IMG/VR virus record: IMGVR_UViG_3300034069_000533
Coordinates: 65,947 to 129,946 of that record
From: a virus
Lineage: Duplodnaviria; Heunggongvirae; Uroviricota; Caudoviricetes
Length of the DNA stretch: 64,000 nucleotides
Direction: 5' to 3' (one strand)
Position 1 is the first letter of the stretch, and each line of letters begins with the position of its first letter. Below, one piece after another: positions 25,542 through 33,412 of this stretch. Position numbers and translations under genes: made by a program. Below the pieces are notes generated by a model. It did not search any database. It was not told the DNA's origin and worked only from the letters and a program-made list of their open reading frames with translations.

Positions 25542-25601
25542 GCGTTCCGACTCCTTCTCTCTGTGGTCAGCATATCGTGGCAAACGATATGGGTCAAGGA
25601 C
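25542..25601 (-). promoter_or_regulatory. consensus promoter-operator-leader cassette
   Basis: Same cassette. Confidence 0.55.
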
Positions 25602-26196
25602 AGCTTTTGTACCAATATGGCAACGACAAGGCAAATTTTCCTGTCATTACGGAATTATGGGCCGACGAATTTTTGACGCAACCATGACGATTGCTCTCTG
25701 ATTATGGATTATGGGCCGACACGTCCGGCAAAAACAGGGGTCCGAAATGGGCAATCGTGCCATTGCATGACAGAAACATCGGCCCATAATACCGTAACAA
25801 AAAGTAGGGGGAGGAAGAAGGGAAATAGAGCTAACCACTTGATATATATAATATATATATATTACATATATGTATTATCTCTCTTTCTCCCTGATTTATG
25901 GATTATGTCCGCAGCCTTTGTGTCATTCGCAAGGGGTCAGCTTGTTTCCCCGATCATTTTGCTATCGTTACTAGCTACCCCACCCCTCCCGCCAGATACC
26001 CGGCGGGAGGGGAAGACAGGCAAAAAACTCTGCCATTAGGACGAAAGTTTTTCCGTAACAAAATCTACGCCTAGAGCAAGCTGGCTTTTCTTTTCGCCCG
26101 ACCACCCGAAAAGTTTTGGTAATTTGCCGTCAGAGAATTTAATCCTGTCCTTAGTTTCGGGGGCGTATACCATAATTGGTTTGCTCAACTAATTGG
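25602..26196. other. large intergenic region with AT-rich tract and iteron-like repeats (candidate origin/att region)
   Basis: Direct repeats GGAATTATGGGCCGAC / GGATTATGGGCCGAC, inverted copy CGGCCCATAAT, another TTATGGATTATG, an (AT)n tract at 25845-25880, G-rich stretches and a strong hairpin ccctcccgcc/ggcgggaggg. Confidence 0.35.
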
Positions 26197-26727
26197 TTAG
26201 TCCCAAAACCATGCCAGCCGGGGTCTGCCGCGCTGCGGTGTTCGCTCCTGACGCACGCCATACGCCTTCAATTCCTCAAGGTGCTGCGCAACCTCGCATT
26301 CATCAATGATGCGCAGCCTTGTCTTCATGAGGTCGCGCGTGGTGACGCCAGCCGATCCGCTCAGTTTAATATTAAAAAGGATTTCCCGTTTAATCGGCTC
26401 ATTTATATTATTCTTATACATAAACATAGCAACGGCATCCAAAGCAATGCGATCCGCGTCTGTCAGCTTGTCGTCATCCCTGTCCTTAAATGGACCATCA
26501 TCATAGCTTATTGCCTCGCCTTCTTTCTCTGGCAGCTTCTTTTTATCAAACTTTGACAATCTTGCCATAGCTTTATTGTATTTAGCGTAAAGCTCATCAT
26601 GCTTTGCGTCTTGTCTATTTCTTTTCAATTTTAATGTTATGTATTCCTGATAATCTTCCTCCGGTATGGTGACAACGGCGTTGCCATCATCGTTAACGCT
26701 GAAGATATGATTTTCGTTTTCCATCAT
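26197..26727 (-). CDS. hypothetical protein in low-GC island (possible winged-helix C-terminus)
   Basis: 176-aa Lys/Asp-rich ORF in an AT-rich context. Confidence 0.35.
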   Translation of the reverse strand: MMENENHIFSVNDDGNAVVTIPEEDYQEYITLKLKRNRQDAKHDELYAKYNKAMARLSKFDKKKLPEKEGEAISYDDGPFKDRDDDKLTDADRIALDAVAMFMYKNNINEPIKREILFNIKLSGSAGVTTRDLMKTRLRIIDECEVAQHLEELKAYGVRQERTPQRGRPRLAWFWD

Positions 26728-26744
26728 TCATCTTCCTTCTTTCA

Positions 26745-27446
26745 CTAACTGAAGTCTGGCCTATAAATTTCGATGTAATCACAATGAACGTAAGCGTTTC
26801 TTTCTCTTCCTCCCGTCCTAATTTCTAACAAATAAACCAAACCAAAGGCACAATACGCATTTAATATTTCGTTCCATATTTTGTCACTATCAAATCTTGC
26901 AATTAACCTCTTTAAATCTCTAAGGGTCAATCCCCTTTTGTCTGCCTTATAAATTATTGAATACAATTTAACCATTTCTGCCAGTCTCGGCTTTGATCCC
27001 CTGATTTCAAATAATTTTTCCGCCTCGTTAAACTTCTGCCTGCACAAATTGCCTTCGGGCGTATCTGGAAATATTTTATCCAATAAACTGCTTTCTTTGT
27101 CTTTTTCTTTATATTCAACGCTTCCTAAATGCCCTGGCACAATAAATTGAACATTCGTCAAATCTGAATACATATTTCTAAAATGGACTATCCACTGCGC
27201 CTCTAATTCCATCCATCCTTCGTAGCATGAATCAATTTCTTCAATTAGCGGATAATGGCCATTGTCGTATAATTCACGAATCCATTTGCATTTCTCTGAC
27301 CTAAATTCAGTCGAGCCGTAAGCAAATGCTTCGTCCATGTGCTGCTTCAATCGGCGGTCAAGTCCGTGGAATGTCTTGCCAACGTACCTGACGCGTTTAT
27401 TCCTTGGGTCTTTCAAAACATAAATACGCGTTTTAAAACCGGACAT
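26745..27446 (-). CDS. GIY-YIG homing endonuclease
   Basis: N-terminal RIYVLKDPRNKRVRYVGKT...L..R...H matches GIY-(10-11)-YIG; low-GC island. Confidence 0.55.
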   Translation of the reverse strand: MSGFKTRIYVLKDPRNKRVRYVGKTFHGLDRRLKQHMDEAFAYGSTEFRSEKCKWIRELYDNGHYPLIEEIDSCYEGWMELEAQWIVHFRNMYSDLTNVQFIVPGHLGSVEYKEKDKESSLLDKIFPDTPEGNLCRQKFNEAEKLFEIRGSKPRLAEMVKLYSIIYKADKRGLTLRDLKRLIARFDSDKIWNEILNAYCAFGLVYLLEIRTGGRERNAYVHCDYIEIYRPDFS

Positions 27447-27843
27447 TTTTTACCTCGCAATTTGCTGCCCGACAGCATTTGCGGAAGCCGGCAAACTTTT
27501 GTCAATCAAACGTCTTCGTGATGTACTTTTGTCATCCGAAACGAAAAACCGCTGACAGAAAGCCATAACCCTTGACTCCCCCGACACCCTTCCCCATCCT
27601 CTGCGGCGAGGCGCCCGGCTCCTGTTAAGCACTTACGCCAGTCCCCCAAGACATTCGGCTGTATAGATGGCCACCGGGGGCCGGGGCGCCTCACCAAGAT
27701 TGCCCGCCTGAGACGCGCTCCGCGCGCTGGCGGGCGCAGGCCGGGGTTTCAGGGGTGTCCCTCGGCCGGCGGGTGCAAGACCCGCCATAGGCTTCACCGG
27801 GCGGGACTCCTCCTTCTCCACCACGCCCGGCGCGGCTAGCGAG

Positions 27844-28157
27844 CGGTGAAAATCCGCCGGCCGGGTGCTGTTCCCGATGCGGCATCCGGCAGAGGCATGG
27901 GAGCGCAGATTGCGCCGCGTTTGCCATGCTGCGGCCGGTGGAAACCCGGCCCTCTATTTTCCCTTGATCTTTCTGCAATGACCGGATATACCATTCTCCG
28001 GTTTCGCCGCTAGCGCTTGTCACGCCAGCGGCAGACGGGCCTCCTCCTCCCGGCAGCCGGTGAAAGCCCGGCTGTGCTGCGATTGCTGGAACAAGACGCA
28101 ACACAGAGACATGACGGCGCCGCACACGCCATCATGTCGCGGCCGGTGAAAGCCCGG
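27844..28157 (+). repeat. array of four GC-rich hairpin repeats (GCCGGTGAAAGCCCGGC family)
   Basis: Copies at 27844-27860 (cggtgaaaatccgccgg), 27934-27950, 28056-28072 and 28141-28157, spaced ~90-120 nt apart, in an ~800-bp region with no convincing ORF. Confidence 0.5.
27965..27993 (+). promoter_or_regulatory. putative promoter TTGATC-N17-TATACC, sharing a 20-nt motif with the rsr promoter
   Basis: TTGATCTTTCTGCAATG here versus TTGATCTTTTTGCAATG at 30245. Confidence 0.4.
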
Positions 28158-28257
28158 CGCCAATTTCACCTTACATAAAGCTGTTTATGTTTGCCTTGCC
28201 TTACACAAGGCACTCGCCTATTGAAGTTGTGCCACAAACTTTAATGGAGCAATAACC

Positions 28258-28482
28258 ATGTCCGATGTTGACCAGCGCGCAATGCTAGCGTGGCAAACTC
28301 TGGCGTTTGATCGCTTGGCTGCCGTCAACCAGCTTATTGACGCGCTGAATTCCGCATTACGCGATGTTGCCGACGCTGGCATGACGGTAAATCAGCCAAG
28401 GATCGAATCCCACCCGGCCAGCGCTGGCGGCTTGTCGGTGCCGTCCTACAGGATTTTGCCGATTAAGGGTAAGATTGGCTAA
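28258..28482 (+). CDS. hypothetical protein
   Basis: 74 aa; RBS ggag; stop overlaps the next start (TAATG). Confidence 0.4.
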   Translation: MSDVDQRAMLAWQTLAFDRLAAVNQLIDALNSALRDVADAGMTVNQPRIESHPASAGGLSVPSYRILPIKGKIG

Positions 28483-29021
28483 TGGCAACATTCTTTACCT
28501 CCGACACGCATTTTGGTCACACCGGCATTATTGCTCATTGCCACCGGCAATTTGCCAGCGTGCAGGAGATGGACGCGACGCTAATCCGCAACTGGAATGC
28601 GTTTGTTGGCCCGCGTGACGAAGTTTGGCACCTTGGCGATTTTACACTGGCTGGCACCGATGATGCCATTAATTATCTTAACCAGCTAAACGGCAAAATT
28701 CATCTGATTTGGGGCAATCATGACCGCAACAGCGTGCGGTCACTGTCCCGATGGGTGACAAGCGACTATGCGCGCGAAATCAACCTTGACGGCCACAAGC
28801 TGACGCTCTGCCATTACGCAATGCGCGTTTGGAATCAATGTGCGAGAGGCGCGCTCATGCTGTATGGCCACAGCCATACCGGCTTGCCCGGCACATCGCA
28901 GAGCCAGGATGTTGGCGTTGACGCTTGGGACTTCCGCCCGGTGACGCTAGCTGACATTCTGCACCGCATGGCCGGCGCACCCGCGTTTGCCAGCGAAGAT
29001 CATCATTCCCCGGAGTTTTAA
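28482..29021 (+). CDS. calcineurin-like metallophosphoesterase
   Basis: Motifs SDTHFGH, GD, GNHD and HSH in the canonical order. Confidence 0.65.
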   Translation: MATFFTSDTHFGHTGIIAHCHRQFASVQEMDATLIRNWNAFVGPRDEVWHLGDFTLAGTDDAINYLNQLNGKIHLIWGNHDRNSVRSLSRWVTSDYAREINLDGHKLTLCHYAMRVWNQCARGALMLYGHSHTGLPGTSQSQDVGVDAWDFRPVTLADILHRMAGAPAFASEDHHSPEF

Positions 29022-29024
29022 TAA

Positions 29025-29282
29025 ATGCCGAGTTTTGAGATTGATCCGCTGATTGCGCAAGCCGCCAACCGGCTGGACGTGCCTTACCATGCGGTTGAGT
29101 GGTTTGCTTGGCCGGAAGCCTTCCCCACTACCGCCGGCCCGTCGCGCGGCATGATCGCGGGCCAAGCCTTCACCACCTTTCAAGTCTTCGCCTTCCGCGT
29201 GGCGGGCGCTGACAAGGGGCTGATGTATTGCGCCGGTCACTGGCAGGATTGGGGCGGCGCCATGCAGGAGCGTTGGAAGTAA
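29025..29282 (+). CDS. hypothetical protein
   Basis: 85-aa ORF followed by the A/T-flanked hairpin caacggaaaaa...tttttccgttg. Confidence 0.35.
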   Translation: MPSFEIDPLIAQAANRLDVPYHAVEWFAWPEAFPTTAGPSRGMIAGQAFTTFQVFAFRVAGADKGLMYCAGHWQDWGGAMQERWK

Positions 29283-29368
29283 GTCGAATCCGCAACGGAA
29301 AAATCTTCAACGCCGATGCATTTTTCCGTTGCGCCCCATCCAGAATGGCGGCATACATAGCGGGCCGG

Positions 29369-29426
29369 GTTTGGCGCAGGTCGCGGTTTCATCATGGAAC
29401 GAAAAACCGCAGCCGACTCTTTCCAA
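29369..29426 (+). ncRNA. Y-RNA-like hairpin RNA, unit 1 (stem only)
   Basis: 5' TTGGCGCAGGTCGCGGTTTCATC pairs imperfectly with 3' GAAAAACCGCAGCCGACTCTTTCCAA, giving a long bulged stem with a 10-nt loop; the same 5' and 3' motifs recur in five more units. Confidence 0.55.
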
Positions 29427-29477
29427 TCCGGTATTTACCGCCGCAGTAGCGGCGATCTACCGCCGCAGGGCGGGACG

Positions 29478-29557
29478 CTTGGTGTAGGTTACGGTTGCAT
29501 CTGTTTTGTAAACAGGCGTCCTTATGGGACACCGCACGCCGTTCCCGCTTATTCCAG
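29478..29557 (+). ncRNA. Y-RNA-like RNA, unit 2
   Basis: Starts cTTGGTGTAGGttacGGTTGCATC and ends cTTATTCCAG; internal hairpin ctgtttTGTAAacagg; flanked by a long inverted repeat (gcagggcgggacgc / gcgtcccgccctac). Confidence 0.45.
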
Positions 29558-29596
29558 CGTCCCGCCCTACGGCGTCTAACTCGGTAAAGGGGAATT

Positions 29597-29720
29597 CTTG
29601 GCGTAGGACGCGATTGCATCAGCAGGGAGCGGAGGTTGCCGGTTTGGAGTCCGGCCAGCGCCATTCGGGGCTGTAGCTCAACATAGAGCGCCGTTAAGCT
29701 TCGCATCCGATTATTTCCAG
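29597..29720 (+). ncRNA. Y-RNA-like RNA with permuted tRNA-like module, unit 3
   Basis: 5' cTTGGCGTAGG...GATTGCATC; T-arm-like gccgg-tttggag-tccgg; acceptor-like cagcgcc/ggggctg; D-arm tagctcaac-atagagcg; 3' ...TTATTTCCAG. Confidence 0.5.
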
Positions 29721-29759
29721 AATTCCCCTTTGCTGTGTTGGTTGCCGATCAGCGGGCAT

Positions 29760-29819
29760 CTTGGCGCAGGCTTCGGTTTCATCTCCGTAACATGAAAAAC
29801 CGCAGCCGATTATTTCCAG
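29760..29819 (+). ncRNA. Y-RNA-like hairpin RNA, unit 4 (stem only, paralog of unit 1)
   Basis: cTTGGCGCAGGcttcGGTTTCATC ... GAAAAACCGCAGCCGATTATTTCCAG. Confidence 0.55.
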
Positions 29820-29858
29820 ATGCCCGCTTAACGGCGCCTCGATTAAAAGAGTGGTTAT

Positions 29859-29990
29859 TTTGGCGCAGGTTTCGGTTTCATCAAAAGCAGTGTGCCGTTG
29901 GTTCGATTCCAACCAGCCTCCCCAAAATTTATGGAGGCTGTAGCTCAGTGGTAGAGCAACCGCCAGTAGACCGATACCGCCTCTTTCCAA
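29859..29990 (+). ncRNA. YrlA-like Y RNA with canonical circularly permuted tRNA-like domain, unit 5
   Basis: 5' TTGGCGCAGGtttcGGTTTCATC, then T-arm gttgg-TTCGATTCC-aac, acceptor 3' cagcctc, loop ccccaaaatttat, acceptor 5' gaggctg, D-arm tagctcagtggtagagc, then 3' aaccgcc...CTCTTTCCAA. This T-arm / acceptor / D-arm order is a tRNA opened at the anticodon loop and closed at the acceptor end. Confidence 0.65.
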
Positions 29991-30027
29991 ATAACCGCTC
30001 TTTTAATTAGGTCTGTAAAGTGGTTTG

Positions 30028-30175
30028 CTTGGCGTAGGATTTGGTTGCATCGCAGCGCGCGGGTTCGATTCCCGCACAGTCTCAAGCCTAGGCAGCCGGG
30101 AGATTGTTGGGCGAGTGGTAAGCCAGGGGGAGCAATCCCCCGCTTCGGCAATATGCTAATTCCGCTAAATTTCCA
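30028..30175 (+). ncRNA. Y-RNA-like RNA with permuted tRNA-like module, unit 6
   Basis: 5' cTTGGCGTAGGatttGGTTGCATC; T-arm gcggg-TTCGATTCC-cgc; acceptor-like cagtctc/gagattg; D-like ggc-gagtggtaa-gcc; 3' ...TAAATTTCCAG. Confidence 0.5.
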
Positions 30176-30244
30176 GCAAACCGCTTTACCGACTTAATTC
30201 CCGCAAGCTGTCAGACAGCCCCAATTTTTCCCCAATTCTCTGTT

Positions 30245-30273
30245 GATCTTTTTGCAATGGGCGCGTAGCCTAA
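30245..30273 (+). promoter_or_regulatory. putative rsr promoter TTGATC-N17-TAGCCT with the shared TTGATCTTTTTGCAATG motif
   Basis: Same -35 and spacer sequence as at 27965. Confidence 0.4.
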
Positions 30274-30319
30274 ATTTGCGGGCCTATTTTGGCCCCATCG
30301 CAGAAGGAGCAACCATCCC

Positions 30320-31753
30320 ATGTCTCGCATCAACGTCGCCCGGTCTTCCGGCGTATCCCCGTTCGTTCCGCACGAAGCGGGCGCCAATCAGGCGCTTTCC
30401 GCTGAGCAGACGCTAGAGCGGCTTGTGTCGTGCTGCCTGCTTGGCGAGGATCAGTTTTATCTCAACGGCCAGTCCGTCCAGACTGCGATTGCTGAGGTCG
30501 CCAAGCAGGTTAAGCCGGAATTTGTGGTGTCGCTCGCCGTCAAGGCGCGGCTTGAGCTTGGGCTGCGGCATGTCCCGCTGCTGCTGCTGACGCTCACGCT
30601 CGATACCGACGCGGGGCGCAACGCCATCCGCAAGCAGGCGGCGCCGATTCTGCGCACGCCGAAGGATGCGATGGATTTGCTGGCGCTCTACTGGCGAGCG
30701 GGCAAGCGTCCGGTGCCGCACGTTTTCAAGCAGCTTTTCCGTCAGCGCTTCGCGGTTTGGTCTGACTACCAAATCCAGAAGTATGGCACGCTATCGGCGC
30801 GCGTTAGCGTCCGGCTGCGTGATGTGCTGCGGCTGTGCCATGCCGATCCGCGCAATTTTTACTCCAACGCTCTGGCTGATGATCGTAACGCAATTACTGT
30901 TGCGCGCGAGGCTTTGTTTAAGTCGCTGACCGACGACACCATTCGCGCGCCCGACACCTGGGAGTCCGCGCTGTCTGCGGCCGGGCCGGATGGCGACAAG
31001 CGCGCCATTTGGGAGCGGCTGTTGGCTGAGCGGAAGCTTGGCGCGCTGGCGCTGGTCCGCAACCTGCGGAACATGGAGGCGGCCGGCGTCACCCCGGCGC
31101 TCGTGATCGCGGCCATGGAGACGGTCAAGGCGGGCGACGTATGGCCCTGGCAGGCTCTAGCGGCGGCGCGTGAGGCCCCGACCTATACGCACGCCCTGGA
31201 TGCCCTCATGCTGCGATCTGCCGGCTCCCTGCCGCGCCTGCCGGGGCATACGGGCGTGCTGGTAGACGTGTCGGGGTCCATGGATCACGGGCTGTCCACC
31301 AAGGGCACGATGAAGCGCATGGACGCGGGCGCCGGGCTTGCCGTGGTGCTGAATGAGGTTTGCGAGGCGTCCACCATCGCCAGCTTTTCCGAATCCGTGG
31401 TGCTGGTTTCCAGCATCGCCATAGGCAAGCGCGGCGCGGGTCTGGCCAGCGACATTGTACGCAGCCAGCCGCATGGCAGAACCTATCTGGCGCAGGCGGT
31501 GGAAACCTTCCTGCGCTGCCATCCGATCATTGACCGGCTGGTAATTCTGACCGACGAACAGGCGCAGGACCACTTCACGTCCCCGCCGAATTTGCCGGTG
31601 TATGTCGTCAATCTCGCGTCCACTGAGCGCGGGATGAACATGCAACAGAAGGTAACGCGTATCAACGGTTGGTCCGGCAATGTTATTCGCTGGCTGGCTC
31701 AGGATATTGCCGGCACCATCGGGCAGGTTGGCGACGGTAGCGAGGAAGATTAA
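30320..31753 (+). CDS. rsr: Ro60-related protein (TROVE domain plus vWA domain), Rsr ortholog
   Basis: The N-terminus NQALSAEQTLERLVSCCLLGEDQFYLNG aligns with the Ro60/Rsr N.xGG.A..L....L.RFL.LGSEGGTYY block. The C-terminal vWA has a MIDAS-like DVSGSM. Y-RNA-like genes lie immediately upstream, and the terminator gccgggcagtaatgcccggcttttttt follows. Confidence 0.75.
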   Translation: MSRINVARSSGVSPFVPHEAGANQALSAEQTLERLVSCCLLGEDQFYLNGQSVQTAIAEVAKQVKPEFVVSLAVKARLELGLRHVPLLLLTLTLDTDAGRNAIRKQAAPILRTPKDAMDLLALYWRAGKRPVPHVFKQLFRQRFAVWSDYQIQKYGTLSARVSVRLRDVLRLCHADPRNFYSNALADDRNAITVAREALFKSLTDDTIRAPDTWESALSAAGPDGDKRAIWERLLAERKLGALALVRNLRNMEAAGVTPALVIAAMETVKAGDVWPWQALAAAREAPTYTHALDALMLRSAGSLPRLPGHTGVLVDVSGSMDHGLSTKGTMKRMDAGAGLAVVLNEVCEASTIASFSESVVLVSSIAIGKRGAGLASDIVRSQPHGRTYLAQAVETFLRCHPIIDRLVILTDEQAQDHFTSPPNLPVYVVNLASTERGMNMQQKVTRINGWSGNVIRWLAQDIAGTIGQVGDGSEED

Positions 31754-31761
31754 CCAACGAA

Positions 31762-31789
31762 GCCGGGCAGTAATGCCCGGCTTTTTTTA
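31762..31789 (+). terminator. rho-independent terminator after rsr
   Basis: gccgggcagtaatgcccggc followed by a T7 run. Confidence 0.7.
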
Positions 31790-31808
31790 ACCGAGAAGGA
31801 TAAACAAA

Positions 31809-32171
31809 ATGGCTGAAGTGCATATTGGTGGCAAAAAGTTTATTATGTCCGATTCCGACGCCATGCAGCGAACCATGGAGGGAATTCTAGAAATTCAATC
31901 TAACGGCTCTTACGGGCTGCACCCGGATTTCCCGCTGTTTGATGTTATGTCCAAGGGCGTTGCTGATACCATGGACATTGGGCGGCTGCCCTCTAGGAAA
32001 TCTGGCGTTATGGCATTTCTGATGGCAATGTTTGTCAATGTGCAAACACGCCAGGGGACGGTTGCTGCCATTCCCAACGCAATCCTGATTGCGGAATATT
32101 GCGCCGATCATGGCCACGATGTTGCTGCTAGCCTGCGCCTCGCCATGTCGCTTGATCGGCCGCCGCAGTAA
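31809..32171 (+). CDS. hypothetical protein
   Basis: 120 aa; RBS gagaagga; terminator at 32195-32226. Confidence 0.4.
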   Translation: MAEVHIGGKKFIMSDSDAMQRTMEGILEIQSNGSYGLHPDFPLFDVMSKGVADTMDIGRLPSRKSGVMAFLMAMFVNVQTRQGTVAAIPNAILIAEYCADHGHDVAASLRLAMSLDRPPQ

Positions 32172-32194
32172 CTAACGCTTGCCGCCACAGACGA

Positions 32195-32226
32195 AGCCGG
32201 GCTATAATAGCCCGGTTTTTTTATTG
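32195..32226 (+). terminator. rho-independent terminator
   Basis: agccgggctataatagcccggc plus a T run. Confidence 0.65.
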
Positions 32227-32236
32227 AGGAATAATC

Positions 32237-32365
32237 ATGTCCTGGCTGCTGTGGTTTGCTATTGGCTATTGCGTATCAACCATCTTCCCGGTGCCGAAGG
32301 TCCAGCGCGTCATTCTGGACGGTTGGGCGCGCGTGTGGGATCGGATCAAGGTCCACTTTGGTTAA
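32237..32365 (+). CDS. 42-aa hydrophobic peptide
   Basis: RBS gagga 8 nt upstream; MSWLLWFAIGYCVSTIFPV looks like a TM helix. Confidence 0.3.
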   Translation: MSWLLWFAIGYCVSTIFPVPKVQRVILDGWARVWDRIKVHFG

Positions 32366-32377
32366 CCGGCGGGTGCC

Positions 32378-32593
32378 GTGACGGACCTAGCGGACGCACC
32401 CGGCCAGCCCGCCAGCCCTGACGCCGTAACCGCTGGCGAGGTCCACAAGCTAGCCGCTGAGCGCGGTATAGGCGTGCTGTCGGCCAAGGCGCTGCTGATC
32501 CGCGAGCGCATGCAGGCGCAGCTAGAAGCGGCTCAGACGGTAGAAGATTTGAAGCCGCTGCTGCGGCTGCTGATCCGGCACTACACGCCGTAG
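32378..32593 (+). CDS. hypothetical small protein
   Basis: 71-aa ORF. Confidence 0.3.
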   Translation: MTDLADAPGQPASPDAVTAGEVHKLAAERGIGVLSAKALLIRERMQAQLEAAQTVEDLKPLLRLLIRHYTP

Positions 32594-32595
32594 GA

Positions 32596-32910
32596 GTGCG
32601 CCAGATGGGTTGGAGCGATTGCGACACTCATAGCCAGGGGCGGCGCATCGGGTACGCTCACGCGGCGTCCTGCGACCACCCCGGCTGCACCCGCGCCATA
32701 GACCGTGGCCTAGCCTATGCCTGCGGCGGCGATCACGGCGCAGGCGAATTGTTCTGCGAAGGATACTTCTGCGGCGATCATCTCATGGTGGCGCCGGATA
32801 CCGATGGCGGCAGCGTATGGCTCTGCCCTGGCTGCTACGAAGCATATGCAAAAGCCGCCACGGATGATCCGGGCGGCTTTCCTGACATGGCGCGGGATTT
32901 GGGGCTTTAG
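32596..32910 (+). CDS. Cys/His-rich hypothetical protein
   Basis: 104 aa with CDHPGC, CGGDHG, CEGYFCGDH and CPGC metal-binding motifs. Confidence 0.35.
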   Translation: MRQMGWSDCDTHSQGRRIGYAHAASCDHPGCTRAIDRGLAYACGGDHGAGELFCEGYFCGDHLMVAPDTDGGSVWLCPGCYEAYAKAATDDPGGFPDMARDLGL

Positions 32911-32916
32911 CGGGGC

Positions 32917-33306
32917 TTAGCGCCCCGCCTCCCAACCAAGTGCCTGCTTGGTCTTGTTGTCAGCCTGCATGCCGCAGGTAGTCTTGCCGTTCTCCTTCGG
33001 TGCCCGGTCATACGGGTTGCGCTTGTGATAGGTAATGGTCTGCACCACAAGGCAGATAGAGAATTCGCCGCCCTCGCCGCCTTCGCGCTCGAAAACAATA
33101 CTCCAAACCGTCTTGTGGTTATCGGCGTAAGAGGAGCGGCCCCAATTAAAACCAGTGTTATTGGTGGCCTTGGTGCAGTCGAGAAGCTGAAACCCCTTGG
33201 CGGCGATCCGCTGAAGCGTGCGGGTGACAATCTTGTTGGGGCTGTTGTCGGAAGGCTCAACGCCCTCAATCACGCCCGCATTCCAGTCAAAACCCGTCGC
33301 GTTGGT
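32917..33306 (-). CDS. hypothetical protein
   Basis: ~129 aa from MTNATGF; consensus cassette upstream (33307-33367). Confidence 0.4.
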   Translation of the reverse strand, partial: TNATGFDWNAGVIEGVEPSDNSPNKIVTRTLQRIAAKGFQLLDCTKATNNTGFNWGRSSYADNHKTVWSIVFEREGGEGGEFSICLVVQTITYHKRNPYDRAPKENGKTTCGMQADNKTKQALGWEAGR

Positions 33307-33367
33307 CATCAGTGTCTTCCTTCTCTCTGACATCTTTTTACCGTGCCGCACGCATACGGTCAACACC
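33307..33367 (-). promoter_or_regulatory. consensus promoter-operator-leader cassette (outside the main array)
   Basis: Same cassette. Confidence 0.55.
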
Positions 33368-33382
33368 TAATTTCAGCTTTAA

Positions 33383-33412
33383 CAAAAAAAAGCGGGGCTT
33401 AAGCCCCGCTAT
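33383..33412 (-). terminator. rho-independent terminator (bidirectional type)
   Basis: aaaaaaaagcggggcttaagccccgc. Confidence 0.6.

Noticed and set aside
27691-28125. 144-aa ORF and neighbouring ORFs in the GC-rich region
   Set aside because: Pro/Gly/Arg-rich translations with no RBS are typical of GC-driven spurious frames.
27500-28257. tmRNA, RNase P RNA or cobalamin riboswitch
   Set aside because: No GGAAAGUCCGG P4 box, no tmRNA tag ORF or tRNA-like 3' end, and the B12-box match is poor. Left as an unclassified structured region.
29897-29957. tRNA 3' half followed by 5' half, read as an attL/attR remnant of integration into a tRNA gene
   Set aside because: Both halves are complementary to each other in permuted order and are embedded in a conserved Y-RNA terminal stem. 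Site-specific integration does not produce this arrangement. A YrlA-type tRNA-like domain is the better explanation.
29369-30175. Possible CRISPR array, because of the spaced repeats
   Set aside because: The repeats are imperfect. Units vary from 58 to 148 nt and fold into terminal stems with internal tRNA-like arms. No cas genes are present. This fits Y-RNA paralogs better.
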